Positions 18,798-26,263 of a DNA stretch of 64,000 nucleotides are shown piece by piece. Origin of the DNA: Terriglobales bacterium (lineage in GTDB: Bacteria > Acidobacteriota > Terriglobia > Terriglobales > Acidobacteriaceae); the NCBI GenBank assembly GCA_049591935.1, contig JBAWFN010000069.1, positions 34,139 through 98,138 of the forward strand. Direction: 5' to 3'. Position 1 is the first letter of the stretch. Each line of letters begins with the position of its first letter. Position numbers and translations under genes: made by a program. Under the pieces are notes generated by a model that saw only the letters and a list, made by a program, of their open reading frames with translations, was not told where the DNA came from and did no database searches.

Positions 18798-20507
18798 ATG
18801 TTGTGGCGCCATTTTTCGCGGCTCTTGGTTAGTATTTTTGTAGCCGCCATCCTCCCATGGCCCGCTTCGGCAGCGAACCAGCCCAACATTATTCTGGTCA
18901 CGCTCGGTTCCACCCGAGTTGACCAGATGGGTTTTCTCGACTCCCATCGCAGGTTGACGCCGCATCTGGATGCACTCGCCAAACAGAGCATCGTCTTCGA
19001 ACGCGCATTTTCGCAAGCTCCGCTCACCGTGGTGTCGCACGCTACCATTCTCTCAGGTACCTACCCTCAGACCCATCACGCCAGCGAATTGGGTTCTCCT
19101 CTTCCAACTGACGTCCCGTATCTTCCGGACTTGCTTCACGCGCGCGGTTACCGCACCGCTGCCTTTGTGGGTTCCATCCTGCTGGACCCCCGAAACGGTT
19201 TCGTGCCCGGCTTCGATCGCGGCTTCGATGTTTATGATGCAGGCTTCCGGCCAATTCAACCCGGCGAAAATCACCCGTCGCTCGAGCGACCCGCGGACCA
19301 AGTGGTCGCACGCGCCACCCAGTGGCTCAGCCAAAATGCACAGCGCCCGTTCTTTCTCTGGCTGCACCTGTGCCAGCCGACCGCGTCCTCGAGCCGTTCT
19401 TATGATAGTGCGGTTGCGGCAACCGACGCGGCATTCGGCAAGCTGCTGGCCGCTTTGCGCAATCTGGGTCTCGATGCCGCTTCCATCGTTGTGGTGGTGG
19501 CGGATCACGGAGACAGTCTGGGTGCACACGGAGAAGACACTCACGGCATCTTTCTTTATGACGAAACCATCCACGTGCCCCTTTTGGTGAAATTGCCACA
19601 AGACGCCATGGCAGGGAAGCGAGTCAAAGGTCGAGTTCGCCTGGTGGACATTGCTCCGACGGTTTTGGAGGCTGCGCACATTCCAGTTCCTTCGCAAATG
19701 CAAGGCCAGTCCCTGTTGCGCATCGCCAAGGCAAGTACCGATGCGGACCAACCGGCGTACGCTCGCAGCGACTTTCCGCAACAAGCCTTCGGATGGAGTC
19801 CATTGGAATCGTGGCGCGCGGGAAAGTATCTCTACATTCGTGCCCCGCAGCCAGAACTTTATGATCTCTCCGCCGATCCGAAAGCAACTCGCAACCTTGC
19901 TCAGAGTTCCTCTGCCGTCCTGCAGACCCTTGCCGCGCAATTGAAAGCTTTCGACGACCACTTTGGAAATGAAGCAGCGAAGTCAGGCGGAAGTACCCTC
20001 ACTTCGAGCGAGGTGCAGAAGCTTGCCTCTCTGGGATATGTCGGCCTGCAAAGGTCAACGCCGGGAGTGGACACCGCGGTTTCAGGAACCGACCCGAAGA
20101 TGGCCATCGCCATTGCCAATCAGACCCTCCAAGCCATGCACGCGCTGGATGAAGGAAAACCGGAGAAAGCGATCCCTGAGTTTCGAAAAGTGCTCGCCGG
20201 GCAAGCGAACATTTATCTCGCGCAGTATGGTCTGGGCGTGGCCTTGGCCCAGCAACAACAGTATTCCGAAGCCATCGAGCACTTGCACAAGGCAATCGAA
20301 CTGCAGCCCGAGTCTGCCTGGGCTCATTATTCCATGGGTTTCAGTCTCTTCAAGACGGGTGATTTCAAGACTTCCGCAACCCATCTTGAGATTGCTTCCG
20401 CCCGCTTGCCGGAGTGCGGTGAACTGCATGGCCTGCTGGCACAGGTGTACGAGCACTTGGGTCGCACGCAGGATGCGGCTCGCGAACACACGAAGGCTTC
20501 TCAGTAA
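18798..20507 (+). CDS. sulfatase-like hydrolase/transferase (AP superfamily) with C-terminal TPR repeats
   Basis: 569-aa ORF. Signal peptide MLWRHFSRLLVSIFVAAILPWPASA. NIILVTLGSTRVD, APLTVVSHATILSGTYP (no C/S-x-P-x-R), VVVADHGDSLGAHGE. TPR-like C-terminus (YLAQYGLGVALAQQQQYSEAIEHLHKAIELQP...). Confidence 0.75.
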   Translation: MLWRHFSRLLVSIFVAAILPWPASAANQPNIILVTLGSTRVDQMGFLDSHRRLTPHLDALAKQSIVFERAFSQAPLTVVSHATILSGTYPQTHHASELGSPLPTDVPYLPDLLHARGYRTAAFVGSILLDPRNGFVPGFDRGFDVYDAGFRPIQPGENHPSLERPADQVVARATQWLSQNAQRPFFLWLHLCQPTASSSRSYDSAVAATDAAFGKLLAALRNLGLDAASIVVVVADHGDSLGAHGEDTHGIFLYDETIHVPLLVKLPQDAMAGKRVKGRVRLVDIAPTVLEAAHIPVPSQMQGQSLLRIAKASTDADQPAYARSDFPQQAFGWSPLESWRAGKYLYIRAPQPELYDLSADPKATRNLAQSSSAVLQTLAAQLKAFDDHFGNEAAKSGGSTLTSSEVQKLASLGYVGLQRSTPGVDTAVSGTDPKMAIAIANQTLQAMHALDEGKPEKAIPEFRKVLAGQANIYLAQYGLGVALAQQQQYSEAIEHLHKAIELQPESAWAHYSMGFSLFKTGDFKTSATHLEIASARLPECGELHGLLAQVYEHLGRTQDAAREHTKASQ

Positions 20508-20707
20508 GGATGGCCCAATCCGCGCAAAAGGAAAACCCTCGCTGTAAGCGAAGGCGCAGCTGACCTCCGCTTCTCAAATGAAAATACGCAAGAAGGCAGT
20601 CTTTCGAAGGGGCTATCGCGACGAAGTCGATGTTTGCGGAAACGGACAATTACCGGACAAAAGCAAAGAGCGCCAGATCCCTGGCGCCAGTAAATCATTG
20701 ATGAGAT

Positions 20708-20752
20708 TGGTTGCGGAGGGTGGATTTGAACCACCGACCTGTGGGTTATGAG
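20708..20752 (-). repeat. partial tRNA-Met copy (anticodon loop to CCA end): distal att repeat of a genomic island
   Basis: tggttgcggagggtggatttgaaccaccgacctgtgggttatgag matches 33921-33965 (3' half of the intact tRNA-fMet) at 43 of 45 positions. No 5' half follows it. Confidence 0.8.
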
Positions 20753-20836
20753 TTCAAAGAGAAACTGATACCAAACAACTTACAAGCGCACGGATGACAC
20801 CTAAGCACCTGTAAGTACGCGCAAGAAACGCACCTC

Positions 20837-20891
20837 AGTCCCTCGTTTAGTCCCTAGTCCCCGACTAGTCCCCGGTCCTTCGTTAGTCCCC
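20837..20891 (+). repeat. five same-orientation copies of (T)AGTCCC(C) in 55 bp: candidate integrase/Xis arm-type sites
   Basis: Copies at 20837-20842, 20848-20854, 20855-20862, 20866-20873 and 20884-20891. The same heptamer recurs beside the intact tRNA (33887-33894 inverted, 33901-33908 direct). Confidence 0.55.
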
Positions 20892-20935
20892 TGTCGCCTA
20901 TTTGCGTCCATACCGGAGCACTGTTTTGCTGCCTT

Positions 20936-21727
20936 TCACACATTCCGATCAAAACCTTGTCTGAAGGTGTCGATCTGGGCGCGAGCGTCTTCCTCGACAT
21001 GGTCGCCGACGCCTCTGGCACGGACGAACGCCATCCACGCTGGATTGGCTTCATTCATCGCTTCGAGAAACGCGTGGACAATCTGTACTTCGTCGTCCGC
21101 GCAAAGCGCACGCAGGTCGAGACCCATCAGAAAGGCGGGAGCCAGTCCATAGTCCTGGAGCGCGGCATCTATCACTACGTCCGAAAAGATCCGCTCGCTG
21201 TCGGCTTCATATTGCACAAGGAGACCTCGTATGTCATCCAGGTCCTTGACTCGCCGCTGCGGATCGTCCATGAGCGCGACGATTTTCAGCAGCATCAGCG
21301 CCGTCGATGAGATCACTTTCAGCGTGAGATCTGGAGCAAGTTGAACCGGCTGAGCAGTCGCGAATACGTGGTCGAATCCCACCAGACTCATCTTGAACTG
21401 ACTCATGGGCCAGGTGATCTGCTTGGCTTCCCGAAGCTTGGGTCCAGCTGGGATCAGGTCCAGGATCGTTGCCTGGGCGCTCCGCCATCGGTGCTCACAG
21501 TTTGCGAAACGGACCCAGCCGTCTGCTAGAAGTCGGCGTTCCAGCTCTGCGAATTCGTTAAGGTCCAGGGCGACGGCGAAATCGATGTCTCCGGTATGCC
21601 TGGACTCCGCTGGAAAATGTATCTGGTACGCAATGGCCCCGATGATTACAAGCTCCGCTCCGAGGGTCGCACAACGGTGTTGCAGGACTCGAAGGTCAGC
21701 GATTTGGTTGTCGGTAAGTTCGGGCAT
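20936..21727 (-). CDS. nucleotidyltransferase, AbiEii/MenT-like toxin candidate
   Basis: 263-aa ORF. Pol-beta NTase signature LVIIGAIAYQIHFPAESRHTGDIDFAVAL (G-x-x...D-x-D). Starts 3 nt after the stop of the upstream wHTH gene, which is the AbiEi-then-AbiEii order. Confidence 0.6.
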   Translation of the reverse strand: MPELTDNQIADLRVLQHRCATLGAELVIIGAIAYQIHFPAESRHTGDIDFAVALDLNEFAELERRLLADGWVRFANCEHRWRSAQATILDLIPAGPKLREAKQITWPMSQFKMSLVGFDHVFATAQPVQLAPDLTLKVISSTALMLLKIVALMDDPQRRVKDLDDIRGLLVQYEADSERIFSDVVIDAALQDYGLAPAFLMGLDLRALCADDEVQIVHAFLEAMNEANPAWMAFVRARGVGDHVEEDARAQIDTFRQGFDRNV

Positions 21728-21730
21728 CGC

Positions 21731-22810
21731 TCAGGAGAGGAACTCGCGTTTGAGTTCTTCCGCCGCTTCGTGCGCTCTTGGATCGGAAGAATACATCAGC
21801 TCGGCATAGATCAACCACGGATGCGCGAGAGGGAACGGCTCGATTTCTCGCCAAAACGGGATGGTACCGAAGGAACGCAGAAAAATGAGTGGCCCTGCCT
21901 TGTCAGGAATGATCCGCAACTGACGACGAAGTTGGTCAGGGAACGAGTCGACGAAGATTGGCAGTTCCAACCCTCGATAAAACTTCTGGAGAGCCTGAGC
22001 AGCCGGCCCGCCAGTTACTGACCACCGAATTGATAGGTCTGCAAAAGGCTTCCGGACGCTGGCGAGCATGTCGTCTAGGTCTCTGTCGGAGGACCGGAAA
22101 CGCCCGATTAGAAGTTTCGGACGCAGAGCGAACTCATATCCTCTCAACAGCTCGTCCTGCAATCGCGATTTGTCGCTGATATCAAAGCCGTGCCCCGATT
22201 CTCGCAGTGCTCCGCGCTCGACCAACTGCTGTCGAACCTTCGCAACATTGCTTTTGCTCAACCCGGACGCTTCAGCCAGTTGACGCACGGACCAGCTTCC
22301 CGCTAGTTCCTTCGTGGCAAAGGTGAACAACAATTGAGCGATTGCGGGGCTGACCCGCTTGCCTTCTTTTGAAACGGCATTCTCTTTGTTTCCGATGACC
22401 GTACGCTCATAGTTTTGCCCGAGCACGAGGTGCATGTTGCCAGCTTGGTCCACAAAGTTTATTCGTGATTCGATCAATCGCTCGGCAGAAGGCCGGGGGA
22501 TGTAGCGCGCCAACAGCAAGAGGGGCTTGCGATGTACTCTTGCATAGAGTTTGGCTTGAGCGACGAGGGCATTGAGTATCCCTCGGTCCAGATACGACCG
22601 CTTCTGTTCCACGAGGAAGGAGTAGGTTCCTTTGGGAGTGCGCACCTTGAGGGTGGCGTCGATTCCTTGATCGCCGCCACGGTTCGTCGGAGAGAAACCC
22701 AGATCGCTGATGAAGTGCAGGGTCCGGAGCTGCTCTAGAAAAGGAGTCAATGGAGGTTCAACTCGCATAGCGTCCATTATTATGCCATGTCCATTACTAA
22801 TGGACAACAA
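21731..22810 (-). CDS. AbiEi-like antitoxin/regulator candidate: PD-(D/E)xK-like N-domain, winged HTH, C-terminal domain
   Basis: 359-aa ORF. N-terminal GGDQGIDATLKVRTPKGTYSFLVEQKRS (D...E-x-K). Central wHTH WSVRQLAEASGLSKSNVAKVRQQLVERGAL. C-terminus ...HPWLIYAELMYSSDPRAHEAAEEL resembles AbiEi C-terminal ends. The real start is probably ATG at 22777 or 22768 (track start is TTG). Confidence 0.5.
   Translation of the reverse strand: MLSISNGHGIIMDAMRVEPPLTPFLEQLRTLHFISDLGFSPTNRGGDQGIDATLKVRTPKGTYSFLVEQKRSYLDRGILNALVAQAKLYARVHRKPLLLLARYIPRPSAERLIESRINFVDQAGNMHLVLGQNYERTVIGNKENAVSKEGKRVSPAIAQLLFTFATKELAGSWSVRQLAEASGLSKSNVAKVRQQLVERGALRESGHGFDISDKSRLQDELLRGYEFALRPKLLIGRFRSSDRDLDDMLASVRKPFADLSIRWSVTGGPAAQALQKFYRGLELPIFVDSFPDQLRRQLRIIPDKAGPLIFLRSFGTIPFWREIEPFPLAHPWLIYAELMYSSDPRAHEAAEELKREFLS
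22772..22805. promoter_or_regulatory. candidate operator: GTCCATTA x2 direct plus one inverted copy, forming the palindrome GTCCATTA-C-TAATGGAC
   Basis: GTCCATTA at 22772-22779 and 22789-22796. TAATGGAC at 22798-22805. Lies at or just upstream of the likely ATG (22775-22777, minus strand) of the AbiEi-like gene. Confidence 0.45.
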
Positions 22811-22982
22811 GAAATGTGGACATGGGCTCCTGAAGGAAACGCGGGCGCGGCTACCCGAACCGCGACCAAACTCTGGAATGATCCCGAGTACATAACCTAA
22901 GGAGTGGATTTAGCGTCGGCGAGGGAGTCGCTTTGCCGAGACCTCGGATCCAGGTGGTTCACGGAACGGTTCCACAGACGAG

Positions 22983-23108
22983 CGCTTTCCACCTATCTGG
23001 CGGCCGACGATGGCGGAGCGCGATCTGCGGCAGTTAGTTTGGCATCGGCAAAAGGTGGTGTGGATGCGCAATGCGGTCGGCAATCAACTGCACGCTCTGG
23101 CGATGGGG
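22983..23108 (+). pseudogene. IS110-family transposase internal fragment
   Basis: RFPPIWRPTMAERDLRQLVWHRQKVVWMRNAVGNQLHALAMG matches the conserved linker block of IS110-type transposases (..RFP.IW.P....RDLR.L.RHR..LV......NQLHALL). There is no catalytic domain on either side. Confidence 0.55.
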
Positions 23109-23127
23109 CCCCATATTTTCATATTGT

Positions 23128-23655
23128 TTATACAGCATTCTTCATGCAACAGCCGTATTCAGCATGTTCATACCAATGTCCCAGTGGGCTAACCTTCAGA
23201 ACGACCATGCGTAAATGACAGCTCGGACATACTGGGGTGTGTACCGGATTGACGCGGATGACGGCTGCCTCCTTCAGCGAGAAAACGGCTTCCACCATTT
23301 CGCGTCCATGCTCCTTGGCACCTTGCGACAAAAACTCGTACATACCATAGATGTGCCCGCATCTCGGGCAGGGGATGCGATTTGAGAATCCATTGACATC
23401 GATAGAAAGGTCAGCCTTAATTCGCTTGGCTTCCTCGTCGGAGACAGGCTCCAAGCCCGCGTGATTGATGCGTTCCTCTGTCCAATAGCGCCTCATGATC
23501 TCATCCTTCAATCCGCGTCTTAAGTAAAACGTGGCTATTCGTTTCTCCTCCGTCGCTCTTAGCACCGCATCAACAATCATTGAGTCTTCGGCAGAGACCA
23601 CAGTTTTGCCTTGTTTGACCAATGAAATAATTGAAGACAAATCTAATCCAGACAT
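23128..23655 (-). CDS. hypothetical protein with a split zinc-ribbon (CPRC...CPSC)
   Basis: 175-aa ORF. Strong SD (AGGAGG, 5-nt spacer) before the ATG. Cys pairs IPCPRCGH and PVCPSCH about 45 residues apart. No family recognised. Confidence 0.5.
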   Translation of the reverse strand: MSGLDLSSIISLVKQGKTVVSAEDSMIVDAVLRATEEKRIATFYLRRGLKDEIMRRYWTEERINHAGLEPVSDEEAKRIKADLSIDVNGFSNRIPCPRCGHIYGMYEFLSQGAKEHGREMVEAVFSLKEAAVIRVNPVHTPVCPSCHLRMVVLKVSPLGHWYEHAEYGCCMKNAV

Positions 23656-23884
23656 GTCGCCTCCTCATTTTAGGCTCGCGATTGATTTTCCTCGTGCACG
23701 AAGCATACAGGATGATGCCGTCCAACTCGGCAATTGTGAACCAGACAAAGAATGGCCGAAGGCAATCTACCGCTGCCGCAGTTGGAATGCCGAACTAGGG
23801 TTCCGCCATTCGAGATTTCCAGCCCTGTCCCTGCGACCAACTGGGATTCCCGCAAGAAGAGGACGCGAATACGAGTAGGCGCGA

Positions 23885-25261
23885 CTATTGTTGGGGGTCG
23901 TCGTCGATGTCGAATCCCAACAGCGCGGTATTGTTGTTCTTATTGGATTCGGCGACAGTATTCTCCGGGTCGAAAACACAATAGATTTCATAGCCCAATC
24001 CAGCAGATAAGCCATCGTCGAACGGCCAAGTTGCAGTAGACGCTGCGCCAGGCTCGATGCTTGGCATGTCAATTTCGCCTATAAGCGATTGGTCCCCCCA
24101 TAGGAAGGCCGCTTTGAAAGCTCCAGTTGGCTTTCCGCCGATGTTCATACAAGCAAAGTTGACTTTAAAACTCTCGTCAGCAACGGGGTACGGCGGAGTT
24201 AGATAGTTGTTTGTGGTTGCCGCTATGTCAGCCGCTACAAGAGGTGGCGGCTGCTGATTTCCTGTTACCGTACCATACAAGGGTATTTGGGTTTGAACAC
24301 CTTTAGCTACTGAAGTGCATGGCCCCGTAGCTAAGCTCACGAGACAAGGTTGCGTATACGGCACACCGCCGATATTGAATACCTGATTGTCACCGTGTAG
24401 AGGCAGGGGCGCTGAGAAGTTGTTACTCCCGGGCAAGAATATTTGCACAAAAGGGCAACTGCCGCGATAGCCGAACTTCGTGGGAGCAAGTGGATTCGTG
24501 TCCGTGACGTCCCAAGAAACTTTAATTTGTTGGGTCGTGGCAATCACGGTTCCCGTTGCCTGAAGTTCAATGTTCGTGGGGTTCACTTTGAAGGAGTTGA
24601 CGATCACCGACACAATGCCGCCACCGTTACGGCACCCAGGATCAATCCACATCCATCCATTGGCCGTCGATATGTTTTCGAACAATCTGTTATCAGGCGG
24701 ATTCGTTTGGTATGCCAGTGGAAGTGGCTGTCCAGTGGCGGAAGGAGTCCATAGTTTCAACACAAGTTCATGCACGCCGTAAAGCGCGGCTGGAAATGGA
24801 GTAGGCCAATTGTCGAGGTTGAAGACGCCGGTCGTCAGGCCGATCGCAGGCGGCAGAACAAGTCTCGCCACAGATGGGGCTATCACTCCATCCGAGATTT
24901 CCGCTGACAGAATGCCGTCCGTGGGAGAGGTTCTTCTACGATAGAGAGTATAGTTCAGGAGCATCGCTCCATTTGGTGTTCCAGCGACATAAGTCGCTTG
25001 GCCGTGAGACTCAGCTTGGGAAAATACGTCCCACGTGCTTGTGAAAGAAGGCTGAGTGAATCCATGCCAGTTCACGCTCTTTAGTTCGAGAAGGTCAGGG
25101 AAAAGTCGGCCCGCTAACTGGTTAATATCCGAAGCGAGGTTGGGATTTGGCCACGGCAGCGGGAATCTTCTTCGAGGCGCGGGCCTTGGAGTACTTCGCC
25201 CCCGAACAGATTTGGGAGCCTTGGAGTCCTTGCCAGAATCGCTCTTGTGCGTCCTTCTCAT
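23885..25261 (-). CDS. hypothetical protein: basic disordered N-terminus, beta-rich body, CARDB-like C-terminal domain
   Basis: 458-aa ORF. AGGAGG 4 nt before the ATG. N-terminus MRRTHKSDSGKDSKAPKSVRGRSTPRPAPRRR with no signal peptide. C-terminus FKVNFACMNIGGKPTGAFKAAFLWGDQ...YCVFDPENTVAESNKNNN resembles CARDB. Confidence 0.5.
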   Translation of the reverse strand: MRRTHKSDSGKDSKAPKSVRGRSTPRPAPRRRFPLPWPNPNLASDINQLAGRLFPDLLELKSVNWHGFTQPSFTSTWDVFSQAESHGQATYVAGTPNGAMLLNYTLYRRRTSPTDGILSAEISDGVIAPSVARLVLPPAIGLTTGVFNLDNWPTPFPAALYGVHELVLKLWTPSATGQPLPLAYQTNPPDNRLFENISTANGWMWIDPGCRNGGGIVSVIVNSFKVNPTNIELQATGTVIATTQQIKVSWDVTDTNPLAPTKFGYRGSCPFVQIFLPGSNNFSAPLPLHGDNQVFNIGGVPYTQPCLVSLATGPCTSVAKGVQTQIPLYGTVTGNQQPPPLVAADIAATTNNYLTPPYPVADESFKVNFACMNIGGKPTGAFKAAFLWGDQSLIGEIDMPSIEPGAASTATWPFDDGLSAGLGYEIYCVFDPENTVAESNKNNNTALLGFDIDDDPQQ

Positions 25262-25648
25262 ACAGCCTCCTGAAAGAGACGGGTGACGTGTGCAGAGTCA
25301 TTTGCAAGTGGCCCAGCGCTTTTGTAAGCGGCGCAGGAACGAGTTTACGTCAAGGCAGAGAGGCGCGCAAATGAGTTACCGCTGAGGGTCACCGCATGAT
25401 GCAAGAGGAACTCGTAGCACGCATTTCTGTGGAACTATTCCGTGAACCAACTGGATCCGAGGCCTCGGCAAGGGGACTTCCTCGCCTACGCTAATCCACC
25501 TGATGAAGGTAGCGACGCGGCACATGGGAAGGTTTTGTCTGTCCCCAGTTTCTGCAGTGGCGCTCGCTTAAGATAATGCGAGCCCGAACAATGAACTGAT
25601 TTGTTCCTTTGGGGAACACCCGAAAGCACAGGGACAGAAAGGGACTTG

Positions 25649-25964
25649 TTGAAAATCGCCACCTTCAACATTAACAACATCAATAAGCGGCTCGACAACG
25701 TCTTAGCTTGGTTAGCAAGAGCTGAACCGGACGTGGTGAGTCTCCAAGAGCTCAAGGCAGAGCAGGAAGCCTTTCCCGTGAATGCCATTCGGACTCTCGG
25801 GTGCGAAGCAGTCTGGCAAGGGGAGCGCTCTTGGAACGGCGTGGCCATTCTCGCGCGGCATCACGTTCCCGTGCTGACTTGCACAAGTTTGCCGGGAAAT
25901 CCTGGAGATCATCAAGCTCGCTACATTGAAGCGGCGGTTCAGGGAGTCCTGATCACTTCCAGAA
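25649..25964 (+). pseudogene. exodeoxyribonuclease III (XthA/EEP family) N-terminal fragment
   Basis: LKIATFNINNINKRLDNVLAWLARAEPDVVSLQELKAEQEAFP...WNGVAILARH...ARYIEAAVQGVLITS is the first ~105 residues of an Xth-type nuclease. Homology stops abruptly near 25964. Confidence 0.65.
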
Positions 25965-25965
25965 T

Positions 25966-26241
25966 CAGCGAAAGTTTGGATTTATGCTGGACGGAGTGGA
26001 CTTCAAGCGATCGGTAATTCTGATTCAGCGATCAGCGGTCGGAAAGCGGCTTAACAAATTGAAGACAGAGTATTCGGAGGACGAGGTTCCAATCGAACGA
26101 GGCTTCATTCTCGAACTGAGGAAATGGCGAGTGCTCTGTCCCGATTCCGAAGGGCACTGGCTCTTTCCGAGACCAGTGACAGGTCGACCGTATCACGCTG
26201 ACTCGAGAATTCTGGCGCGAAGTTTCTTCTTAGTACAGTGA
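25966..26241 (+). pseudogene. tyrosine recombinase (phage integrase family) internal fragment
   Basis: ..MLDGVDFKRSVILIQRSAVGKRLNKLKTEYSEDEVPIERGFILELRKWR..SEGHWLFPRPVTGRPYHADS matches the start of the catalytic domain (W.DVDF....I.I.RS...G....LKTE.S...VPL). The R-H-R-Y catalytic residues are not encoded. Confidence 0.55.
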
Positions 26242-26263
26242 CGGCGAGTCTGATCGGCAGCCG

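Noticed and set aside
19053-19961. 302-aa minus-strand ORF
   Set aside because: It is antisense to the sulfatase-like/TPR gene and is Arg-rich shadow sequence.
20854-21054. 66-aa ORF ending ...GDRGLTKDRGLVGD
   Set aside because: Its repetitive C-terminus is simply the translation of the TAGTCCC heptamer array, and it partly overlaps the NTase gene 3' end.
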